From the NCBI GenBank assembly GCA_043228905.1, contig JBHGNT010000004.1:19964001-20028000 (forward strand): a stretch of DNA of 64,000 nt. Direction: 5' to 3'. The stretch is from Azolla caroliniana. Lineage: Eukaryota > Plantae > Polypodiophyta. The notes beneath the pieces are model-generated. The model did not search any database. It was not told the origin of the DNA and was given only the letters and a program-made list of their open reading frames with translations. A program made the translations under genes and the position numbers. The first letter of the stretch is position 1, and each line of letters opens with the position of its first letter. Shown piece by piece: positions 46,718-59,200 of this stretch.

Positions 46718-49700
46718 ATGAGCTGCTCTACGCTATTGGCGCCATCTGATGAAGAAATGACATCTCTCCTTTGTCAATTCGACGTCTTGCAGGAAGTAAT
46801 ACGAAGAAAATATTTGATATATCCAGTGTTTGATTAAGAGCGCGAAATCCTCCTCGAATGTGTTAAATGTTGATATGGAACGCCATACTGAATCTCAATT
46901 CTATCTCCTTGTTTTCTTAATTAAGCAGAGGTACAAGGAAGCCATGGTTGAAGCTCGTACCTTGAGATTGAAAATTTCACTGGAAACTCAGAGACGTGAA
47001 GCTGCTGAGACGTTGTGCAGTGACACTGAGCTAGGTAATCAATAGAGTCCATGATCAATCTGTTCATGGAAAATTATCAGAAGGTTGATGATGAAGCAGT
47101 ACTGTTTACTGCAGGAAACTGCAATAATCAATGAATCTGTTCATGAAACCTCAGAAAATGGATGATTTAGTAGGAAAACATGAAAGACAGTGAGTCTGTT
47201 CACAAACAAATTTGAGTCCTCAAATTTCATTTCTTATTTCTAAAGAAAATCAATGTATAACAGTCCTCATTCTGTTGATTGAAAAACCACAAAAATATGA
47301 TGACCAAATACTAGTTATTATCGATTGTTAACAATGTTGCTACCTGTTAATGAAAAACTCAGAAGACCAATGGTTAAATAGTCCTTAATTGTGGGTAAGA
47401 ATCTTTCCTTCAATAACTCAGAAAACGATGGTTAAGTAATCTTCTTGTAAGTAAGAAACTGTTCATGAAATACTAAGAAAATGGATGACCAAGTAGTCGT
47501 TGTGTTTGTAGATTATAATAGGCCATGGAATCTGTTCTTGAAAAGCTAAGAAAATGGATGATTGAGTAGTTTTCTTGATTGTAAGTAGGAAACTGCTAAT
47601 GAAACACCTAGAAAACTGTTGAGGTTAGAATATGGTTATCTGTTTTTCTCAGATTAATGTTTTTAACCGTTGCTGTAGTATGCGAGAACCCTTGGCTTCA
47701 CTTCTTTGCGTCTGTTCTGGAGTTGTAATTAGCCTGTCTTTGCCATATTGTTCCACCCATTCCATTACTTATGTTACAAATGAAGTGAAATTCTTATGTT
47801 TTATTGCCAAGCCGAACTTATTTGAAGCTATCTAGGGATTATTTGTCACCTGCTATCATATCTGCTATCCACATGGAAGGATTAGGTTGCATATAATGGT
47901 GTTTTTTGTGTGTCTGAGTTGTTTTTTTAAGTTTTACTTACATCTTTTCCTATTTTAGAGGGATTCTATAGGTCTTTGAGTGTATGACTTCATGTGTTTG
48001 TCTTGTTATCGTCCAAGTTTATGTGAGTATGATTATAATCTAGCCAAAAAACAACCATGGTTTACTGGTTTGTCTTGCGGATTCTTATGTTTAGATGGTT
48101 TGAAGCTAATGTATAAATTTCTTCCATGTTAGTTTATTGTTTAAGTCTCTCATTTAAGCTTCATAGATAGTTTTGTGTAACTTTTGTGTGTTTTTTATTA
48201 CAGGTTTTGTATATCTTTATAAATTTTACACTAGAACTCTATAGATAGCAAAATAATTTGCTTGATCGCGAATATGATGAAAGTACTCATAATTAATTGT
48301 TTCCTCTACAGAAAAGCAGAGGCTGCTGAGAACCCAGGCAGAGACATTCAACAAATTGTTGCAACAGGTGAGCTTTCATCTTCAATTTGTTTCCATTCTG
48401 CATAAGCTGTAAATGTCTCTATTTTGGTCGTAAAGTTGCGAGTGTTTTTTAGGCATAATCCTGAGGTCTAGATTACTTGCAAAATTAAACATATCAATTG
48501 TTTGCATCGTTTATGTGAATATATGGATAACGCTGTAGGATGTTCTGTATACAGCTTACTAACTCATATGATCTGATATGACAACACATTTTTTCTCAAT
48601 TTAACTTCAGCTAGAGTTCCGCTCGAAGCTTGAGGATGTTGTAAAGGAGTTGAACTCTTTGAAGCTACAACTTGCAAAGAAAGAAGAAGTATATGAAATT
48701 GGATTAATCTTGAGCCTGATGTTCGATTCCATGAATAACTCTTGTATCTATTCGCTGCTTAAATCTATAGGAACATAAGGGCATCCTAGATGCGGTTAGT
48801 GAAGAATATCGAGCAGAAAATAGTGCACTTCACAACCAAATAAGGTAACAGTTATTTGAAAGTGCACCTTTGAGAGACCATAAATCAGTAATGCATGAAC
48901 AGAATCAGTAAAATCCAAACAGAAATCAGGACCTAAGATATATAGTATGTGGCAAATCCTCATTTGAAGTGATTAGTGAGTGATCCACCCATGAAATAGC
49001 TTAATGTTGATCTCATCAGGCATAGCCAAGAAGAACTAACACTAAGGGATGCGGCCGTTGCTCATCTTGAGCAAGAGCTTTCATGTGTTCATTCTGCCAT
49101 GAATGAGCTTCGCCAAAGCTCGTTAAAAACATTGGATGACCAGGCATTAACATGTATGGTAATTAAAAAATCTCTTTTTCGGGAGTGAATCTTGAAGGAA
49201 ACATCTTTGATTGATGATATAATTACTTACATAGTACATGTTATTGAGAAAAGAGGGATGAACTGACCATAGAATAGTTCATATAGAATATACGATTGCA
49301 CTTTCGGGGATATTACCAAGGGCATTTGGGGAAATAAGAAAGATTAAGGGGTATTTCTGAATTTTCTCTTTCTGCCATACTTTTGCACGCTTGTGCAGAT
49401 AAAAATCTAGCTAATGCTGCCATATATTTTGCATCGTCAGATCAAGCTGAGATACAAAATCTGAATCAGAAACTTCAACATCTTGTGAGAGAGAAGGACA
49501 TGCTAGAGAAACATCTTTTACAAGAGAAGAATATTGTAGAAGACCGTCTTCTGCAGGAAAAGGATGTTCTTCAACAGCGGCTTTTTGATGTGGAGAAACA
49601 GCGTAAGAAGGCCATTCCCTACACCATTTTTTATTGAAGGATTGCATTGAGTTTTTCTGCATCCTATTTTGATGTATTATGTTTCTCTAAATTCCTATTT

Positions 49701-50190
49701 TGATATCTGGTTACCCTCATTTGATATGTATTAGCTCTTTTCCATCCTTTAAATAAATTAGCCTTCATTCGAATCTTATTCTAATATATATTTTCGGCCA
49801 AACACTGAAATACCCCTGGGTTTTCATTATGCCCCCCCCCCAACCTACTTCCCTGAACAAACCATACATTGGTTAACGCCTGAAAAAGAGAAAATGGGAT
49901 TGAATCCATAAAGGGCAGTTAGAGGAAATAAAGAAAAAGTTGGGGATGATGCCAAGTTTTTTTTGACATATTTGTTAGGTGCTGTTGTTTTGCCTATTCT
50001 GATGATATATGTTAGGCTTTTTTGTGCAGTCATGATTGAGAGAGCAGATCATGAGAAGCGACTGGTGGAATCGAACTTCAGCAGGCATGCTGAAATCTAT
50101 AAACATAAGATTATGAAACTCAGAAAAGAGAATGAGAGTTTGAGGTTGCAGCTGCTTGGTAACAATAGTCATCATTTAGATGATAGATAA
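46718..50190 (+). CDS. Plant 4/1-family coiled-coil protein (At-4/1 homolog), 8 exons
   Basis: Exons 46718-46795, 46929-47034, 48312-48367, 48611-48688, 48771-48844, 49020-49153, 49441-49602, 50030-50190 splice in frame; SDEEMTSLLCQFD, YQAEIQNL and KHKIMKLRKENESLR match At-4/1 SDEQMNLLLSSFD, YELEIQDL and KQKLMKLRKENEILK as recalled. Confidence 0.85.
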
Positions 50191-50683
50191 CGGTGAAAAG
50201 GTTAGAGGTTTTAGAGAGCAATTTTGTAGTGGTTTTGCTTGCTACATGATTGTGTTTTTTTGTTTCCCTTTGGTAGATATACCTTAGGTCATACATAATA
50301 TCTGAACATCAATTCTTATTTTGCACATTTGTGTGTGCGTTTGTTTGAGAGATCATCATTCTTATAACCTAAATACTAGATTTTAAGTAGATGGGTTAAG
50401 AAACTTATTCTTTTGCCATGAGATTTTCTAGTTTATGCGCAGTTAGTAAGATAGGTTGTATGTTTATGGATAAAGAAACTTAAAATCTTATGGCAAAATG
50501 TTTAAAGTCTATAGGGTTTATGTATATTGTTAAGAAACATAACATTGTTATGCTTTAAGGCTTTCTAATTTATCCAGTCACTTGATATAGGGTTTTATGC
50601 ATATGGTTTGAGAAACTAAAAACCTCATGCTGTAAGGTAATATAGTTATGGACCATGGTATCCGTATTCATTGAATATAGGGT

Positions 50684-50694
50684 TATATATATAC

Positions 50695-50725
<31 letters not shown>

Positions 50726-50738
50726 CATATATATATAT
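50684..50738. repeat. (TA)n microsatellite
   Basis: Direct reading. Confidence 0.9.
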
Positions 50739-52242
50739 GTTTTGTAATTGATCCATAATCTCAATACAGGGTTTTATGTAAGAGTTTCTCAAGCTTTGTT
50801 TAACATATCCATGCATTCTATTTGTTAAAACAATGCATTCAAATCTAACTAGTGTTGTTAAGTTAAATCCCCGGTACAACATCATGATTTTAATTTATGC
50901 ATCTGAGGATTGTGGCATTTTTATTGTGTTGTAGGACATGCTTATAAATCAATTTTGGTGTTGAAATATGTTTGTGACGAGTACTAGAAGTTTCCTTTGA
51001 AGCTTGTATATTGTTAAGATGTGGGATATTTATTCCATTTGCCTAAATTTTTGTTGTTGTAAATGCTTTTCAGTAGGGATATGATTTGCAAGGTTTAAAC
51101 ATGAAGAAAGTATCAATGTTGTATTTAGGGCTTGGTTAAAATTTTAATGACATGAAATACATTGTAAAAGTAAAATGGACATAGATGTGATAATTTGGTC
51201 GTGCAAGTGTATACAAAAACTTGCACATGCATAGACTTACCCAAAAAGTTTATGGTAACATTGAATGAGATATAAAACAATCCTTGTACATAGTTGAAGG
51301 ACCATGGTTTGGATCATGGAGATAGCTCATTATATAGTATGTCTTGGGTTAACATATGATTATATTCACTTCAAATTTGTTTTGTCGATAAAATCTATTC
51401 TTTTATGCATTACATGATCATGCAAACACTAGGAAGTGGGAAATTTGCAATTTTGTTTCAAGATATTGGAATCCACACTCTTGCATCTACACCCTTGCTC
51501 CCTGTTTACAAAAGGATTCAACTTTATATTGGTGTGAGAATTGCTCCTACATCTCATCCATGATTCAAGCGCTATTGTCAAATGCTAAATTTTAGTTCAC
51601 ATAATAATGTGAAATTGTTGTTCTCCTCCCACATGTAGAGCAAATATATATTGGCCTATACCCATTGCCACCATGCCACCAATCCATGTTGGATTGCATG
51701 TTTTGAGAAGGCTAGATGAGGGTGAGCACAAGGACATTTCGATGAAAGCTGAACAAAAGTACATTATCATAGTAAATTTGAAGAACATAATGCTCTAGAG
51801 TGGAATTTGTAATAGCTTTTATGGAAATCCATTTCTCCTTACTATAAGAAAAGGGATAAAGCCATCAATCCCTTTATTTGCTATCTTTGCTAGTTTTGAA
51901 CTAGAAAATATAATATTTTCCCCATTTTCTTTGCAAATGACAGATTTTCCCATTTTAGTGAGGTATTTCCCATATCTTTCTCTCCCTTGCAAAAATAATG
52001 TCTTGCACCACATGCGTCTTTGGGGGTTCCTCATGATTATAGTTTCAACTCAAGGACTACGAATAAGTGAATGAAGCGGAAAACTTTGAAAATTATCCTG
52101 AGGCTCTTCATTTTTTCTAGCTTTTTTTTTTTCCAAAAACATTTTTTCTAGTTTTCCATTAGTTGAATTTTGATAAAGGAAAATGATACAAAATGACCAA
52201 TATATATATGTATCATGTATGTATGTATGTATTTGCTCAAGT

Positions 52243-53063
52243 AGCATTGGAAAGGATGTGAATCATGATTAATGGCATTCTCGGAAATAAAGAGGATTGT
52301 AGTACATTTGCGAGAGTATGGGACAGAGTCACTCGCCTCCTTGCGGCATGTGAAGTGGAAGGAACAACCTTGTGGAGTGTTGCGGCATGGATTGACCACT
52401 CGGCTAATAGGTGGACGGACACCTTCAATGCGGATAGTTGGTGCTATGTATGCACAAGAGGCAAAATCGTCAAGATCCGCTTTGAGAGAGACTTGTTGTC
52501 CGCATCCCCTAGGTTCCTGGAAATTTGGAGGTTGATCGCAGGCTTCACCTTGTGGTATGTCTGGAAAGCACGATGCCTAAAGGTTTTCCAAGATATGGTA
52601 CAACCCCCAAAGGAAGTGATCATGCATATATGGTTCGCGCTTATCAGCTGCCTACGAGGGCAATTGGACGAGGTTTGCAACCACTCCAATGATGTGGCCA
52701 TTGCCCGTTTGCGCTTTTGGCAAAAATGGCAGAACACGCCTATGGTGACGCTAGGAGGAAGTGGCCCGAGGTGGAACTACCAGCCCCCACGCTGGTTGTT
52801 TCCTTCTCACATGCCACCCTCCCTTCGTTGTAGGCCCCAGGAGTCGGCTCATACTGACCGACACTAAAGGCCACTGCTTTTAGTTATAGGTATCTACTTA
52901 CTTTAGGTAGTCGGTTTGAAAGACTATGTAAGTAGTCTCATTTTCTTGATCTTGATCGGAGGGAGATTCCCCGTTTTGTGTATAAGCTTCCTTGTATAGT
53001 CTCATTGTAATCACCCTTCCTAACTAAGGGGAAAGTAGCTTCATTTTGAAACAAAAAAAAAAA
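52243..53063 (+). mobile_element. 5'-truncated L1-type LINE (ORF2 C-terminus, 3' UTR, poly(A)) just upstream of the JmjC gene
   Basis: ORF 52265-52867 with W..IAGFTLWYVWKARCLKVF motif, higher GC than flanks, A-tail 53049-53063. Confidence 0.75.
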
Positions 53064-53208
53064 CGAACTAAGATCCTAAGGTCATTTTTGTAGATGAAGA
53101 AAAATTCAAGGGCAATTTGAGAGTTTGCGCAATTAAAACAGACTATGTATTCTCACAGAAGCAAAGAACCTCCTCGTACTATTCAATCAGCATCATCAGA
53201 CCATAATT

Positions 53209-56200
53209 ATGGAGAAGCTTAAAGTTGTGGCTGATGTACCTGTTATTGATGGTAGGTCTACTTCATACGACGAATTTAGAGAGAAATTCATGAAGCCCAA
53301 CCTCCCTGTTCTCATTACTGGTCTTCAACTTATGCATCAATGGCGAGCTTGTAAGGAGTGGGTCACTCAAAGTGGTCGTCCAGATCTCGACTATCTCTCC
53401 ACCCATTTTGGCAGCTCCAGAGTACAGGTATTATGTTTCCTTCTTTTTGCCTCGTTTCTTTTTACAAATATTGGTTCTTGTTGAGTTTTAATCATTTTCT
53501 TTTGCACCAATTTGCTCTTTAGTAAAGAGAAATCATTTCCTTTCCAATGGATACAAGTTAATCTAGGGATAACAGGCTGAAAAATCGTTCTTGAATGTCT
53601 GTTAACAAATTTGTTCTTAAATATGATTTTTTTTCACAAAGTTTTTCTTATGAGAATGATTATTTTACACATTGTTCTTACATGAGACCATTTCCTTCTC
53701 AAGAATACGGGTTTTTTCTCTTCATTGGCCTCATTTCCTTTCACAAAATTTATGAATTTCCTTTGAGACTTTAAGTCTATCCTTTTGGCATCATTTCCTA
53801 ATGTATTCTATATGAGATGTCTTCTTCACGAGATTTGTTATTAAACTTCTTAGTGAGATTTATGGTCTATGCATTTTTCCTCATGTTTGAAATTTTGTAA
53901 TATTGTGACTTATTTTGTAGGTAAATTGCTTTTGTCATATTATAATATGCCTTCTTAATGAGATTTTTGGTCAAATTCTTTTTTACTCATTTCTTTTACA
54001 GAATTCCTTTTTTATTATCTCATTCTCTTCAATGTGTGTTGCTAATGAGAATATTTTCGCATCAATTTCCTTTATAATTACCTTGATATGACTTTATGTC
54101 TATTCCATGTGATATTCAATATGCTAATGAGAATATTTTTGCATCAATTTCCTTTATAATTACCTTGATATGACTGTATGTCTATTCCATGTGATATTTT
54201 AGTCTTGGGAATCACAAGGGCATGGGATCGTAAAATATCATGGAAACATTGGATCCTAATAGCATGAATCTAAGCTAGTGTAAATATATATCATGCTTGT
54301 TAGATATAATAAGAGGACAATCAAAGAGCTATGATTTTGTGCATGTGGTACTGCCCTCCCAAATCCCTAAACTCCAAGAGAAAATGGACATTGGACTCCC
54401 TTCACGTCATACAGCCAATAAAAGCCAATTCAGAACTATAGTTGGGATAGCCCGTTCCTGAGGGACTTGTATATTCTGATGCACTATTAAAAGGTATATA
54501 TGACACATCGGAGTAAAGAAAATTTGGAATTCAAAGATCTTAATTTTAAGCTTGGAAAAACTCAAATAGAACATGGTAAATTTAGTCCTCAAGTTAATGC
54601 AATTTGGGAAACCCTACTTTTTGGCAGATTTAGTACTGTGGAGTTTCTTCGGCAAAATAATCTTTAATAAGATGGAATATGTAGAATACTATTAATTGCC
54701 ACATACATGCTTTTCAGTTTCAAATAGACACCATCTTATCACCAAGTTCAAAAGCATGTATCAAATCAATCCTCGCTAAAAGCATGATGCAAAATTATAC
54801 TTGTAGATGATGACAATGACAATGATGATGATATTGACCGACCAAGCAATGTAGTGTTGACAACAATGAAGGTTTGGCGAAGTAGCATTGATGAAGACAA
54901 CAAGAGGTGCTAAAAATGATGATATCAAAGATGAGGCAATGAAGTCGATGATGATGAGGACGCGTCTCTGGAAGCAAGGACTATGACTATGGTGACCATG
55001 GCATTTCTAGAAGCAACGACTAGTATGATGACGATGTCTCTAAAACCAAGGATGCATTACAATATTCTCCAGAATATTCTAGAACCCTCTAGAACCTTCT
55101 AGTTCTACAACTTTCTAAAGATATGTGACCAGAGAGTATTTCTAGATCAAGTACATTATATACAAATACATTCTCATATCACGATGGTTGAGCATGACAT
55201 TTTCTTGATGTGAGGTTGCAGGTTCAATCCTCACCAACTATGTATTTTATGTCACTATATCGTGACACTGAACACCCACGAAAATGCTCCTTGGATAGAG
55301 GTAGTGAAAAAGATAAAAGGAACATCAGTGGATAGAATGGAAATGATGAATGATACATTAGAAGAAGCCAAGAGGAAAGCTTGTGCGTTGCATGTAGGAG
55401 TGCCCACAAGAAGATGCCAAGAATCTTGGAACAAAGATTGGGGCATCAGATATTCCATTTGCTTTGGCGTGGAGGATGGGAAGAGATGAGTCTCGAGCTA
55501 AAGCCCTTATTATCCGATTCATGGATATTGACAAAAAAAAGCTTTCTTATCTAAAAGAAAGGCACTCAAGGGTGAGAAAATATGCTTAGATGATGATCTC
55601 ACTCCAGCTCAAGTGGCACACCGCAACGAAAATGTACCACGAGTACTTGATGCAAGAAAGGAAGCAAAATGGGATATATATATAGGTGGTAAGTTCATTA
55701 TTATGGGGAAGAGAACTGCGTGACCATATATGGCCTATGAGACCCTACACATGACTATATAGAATCGCAACAACTCTCTACAAACACATGTCGGGTAGTT
55801 TGAAGATAACTTCAAAAACACAGATATTGTTATGGCTACAGAGACCCACCAATGCATGGCTAGCAAACTCCCTAATGTACAAGGATATATACGGGAGTCA
55901 ATATGTCGTCCCCAACCTCAAACACCGGGAAGCACTAGAGGTTTGGGCTCCATGATAGAGTGCATGTTGTGCATAAGGACATAGATGCATGTATCATGTG
56001 GATACGAATCAAAAGTGGGAAGCTTAGGGAGCTATATATTGCAATTTGCTACTTTCCACCTGCCTACTCAAGGTTTACACCTCTCGGTGAATCACCATAT
56101 TTGCCATTATATGATATTATCATAAGATTTGCTACTATGGGGGACATAATACTATAAGGAAACTTCAATGCACGAACTAAGGATGAACAAACAACTACGT

Positions 56201-59200
56201 TTGAAGCCAACAATGTTGTTTATGGAGAAGTTATGGCAGAAGAGGTTGGTCTAAAGCGACAAGCTCAAGATATGAGTATAACTGAACATGGCAAACACTT
56301 TCTAGCCTTAGGAAGTGCACATGGATTTGTGATATATAATGGATTGTCACAATGACCTGGATTGGATGCTTTGACATGTTGGAACCCAAAAGGAGGTGCA
56401 AGGATAGTCGATTATCTAATGGGATCTCCATCTCTTATACCTGAAATAAGAGAGTTCACTATATCTGGTAGACCTATTGGCTTGGTAGCAGATCATGCAT
56501 ATCTATGCTTTGAGGTAAAGGAGGTTAATATATCTTTCTTCTTTCTTTCTTTCTCCCCGCGTATAGTAGAAACTTGACTTCCACTCTATGTCATAGAAGC
56601 TTCCAGCTTCCAGTATAGTCTTGTTGTGTCTTATTGATCTTCACATGCTTCCACACATGAAAAACCCCAACGTAAGCTCTCCAACAAATGATAGAAGAGC
56701 TTCCCACAAGAGGTACCATAGTTACCCACAAGTTCTATGAGAGCAGTTTGCCAAAAGGAATGACCAGATCCAGAGAAGTAAGTCTGCATCCGGCCATCAA
56801 GAAAACTGCCGACAGAAGAAGAGAAGATCTTACACTCTCTGTTTCCCAACAACATACCGAAGAGGACCTGTGGAATGGCTTCCACTAGCAACATCTTCGA
56901 AGTCGAGAAGTTTGATGGAAAGAACTTTGCATTGTGGAAGGAAATGATACAAGATGCGATGATCCAGTCACTTTCCGTTCATGTAAATTTGAAGCAATGA
57001 AAATTAATTATGAGATTCATGACGAGGAGCTTTTGGCTATCGTGGGCTCTTTTGAACGTTGGGGCCATTTATGGAGGGTTCTCCGTATCAGATCATTATC
57101 TACAATGATCACAAGAAGTGACATTTCCATAATGCTCAAGTCTTGAATCGTCAACAAGCTCATTGGGCACAATTTCTTACACACTTTGATTTCTTGATTG
57201 TGTATCACCCTAGAATACATCAAGGAAAGTAGATTGTCTATCTTGGCACTCTTACATGGCACTTTAACAGAACCTACTTTTGAGCATCAAAAGCAAGTGT
57301 TCCTTGGTTCTAATTGTTTATGGGTGATGGCAACTAATGCCTTATTCAACTAACGCCTACATGCACCCATAGATTCCATGATTATTGATTCAATTTGCGG
57401 TGATCTTGATGCAAATCAATTCACACAAGATATCTTGAATCATATGATTCTAGATTGTGCTTCTTGTTCGAGGTTTGAGGGTTCTTGTAAAGATTATAAT
57501 TAGTTTTGTTGGCATGACAATTTACATTTTCGAATAATTTACTTTATGTCCCTAATGGTTGTTCCTAACTCCTAATTTCACAACATTACCATGACATGCC
57601 AATGGTCGGACATTTTGGAGTCATCAAGACTTCGGAATTAGTTTCTCGAAGCTATTGATGGTCGCATCTTCATAACTTTGTTGAGGAGTTCATTCGTAGT
57701 TGTGATGTATATTGTTGGTCCAAGTGTCCTTGACATTGACCATATGGGTTACTCCAACCCGTACGAGTTCTTGATGTTCCATGGAAGTCTATCTCTTGGA
57801 TTTCATCATTGATCTTCCATCTTCCAAAGGTTTTGATGTCATTCTTACTATTGTGGATGGCATTTCCTTCCATGTACAAAGGCTATCAATAGTCAAGAGA
57901 TAGCATATAATGTTATGCATGAAGTATTTTGGCATCATGGTCTTCTTGATTACATGATTAGTGTTTAAGGCCCAGAATTTGTTTTGAAATTCTGGAAAAA
58001 CTTGCATGTGCTACTCCAAATTGATTGTAAACACTATTCGAGCTATCATCTAAAGCTTGATGGTCAAACCAAATATACCAATCAAACCTTGAAATAGTAT
58101 CTTCATTGTTTCATCAATTACCAATAGGATGATTGGGTTAACTAATTGCATTTTGCGGAGCTTGCTTACGATAATTCAATTCATTCGCCATCATGACTGT
58201 CCGTCCCCATTGGACAATGCTTGAGCATCGAAAATTCTCGAAAATGCAGAGGATCATCTACGTCAGCTCCAAAAGATTCACAATACTCTTTCTCGTCATT
58301 TACATCATGCTTAAGTCACACATAAGAAATTTGCAAATCGTCATCATCTCGACTAATCACCAAAAAGACCCAAGTTTCATGTTGAAGATCATGTATGGCT
58401 CTTACGACGTGATGTAAATACCACAGGCCTTGCAACAAGTTGGATTATCATCGTATTGGTCCATATGTAATCTCTGACCAGATCAATAACATTTCTTTTC
58501 ATCTTGATCTCCCTCCTCATATGCGTCTTCATCCGATGTTCCATGTATCACTTTTGGAACCTTATGCTTTGAATTGTATTCTAGAATCATGGTGCTCCTC
58601 CACCTCCTATTGAACTTGATAAAGGTTCAGAATATTCGGTGAAAACCATTTTGGACTCAAAAGTTGTGCGCCAAAAATTATATTATTTTGGTATTTGTTA
58701 GGTCATACACGTGTGCATCGAAGATGGGAGCTTGTTGAGAATCTCCCTAATGTCATAGAGTTTCATCATTGATATCCTAATAAGGCAAGCCTAGTTTGTA
58801 GATTGCGATTTGTGGAACTTGTTATCCAGAAAAGGGGATGATATTATGAACATATACCAAAACTCTAAAAACATAATAGAGATTTGAACCCATGAACTCT
58901 TCAAAGATGTGTAAACTTAACCATTAGGATAAATCATATTATATTTTATATTTTTATAACTTGTATTTGATCAATTAGAGTATAAATGTAATACTATGAA
59001 ATGTCACCACCTCGCACAAGCTGATCATAATGCATGATCACCAAGTTCATGCTTGCACGAATGCCAAGTGGCAATCATGCATACTTGCTAGGTGGTGAAT
59101 ATGCATGTGTACAAACCATGCTATATAAGCATGTGTTCGAGCATTGATGAACCATTTCGGTTCAATACTAGTCTTCGGCATCTTCTTGTAATCCTTGTTC

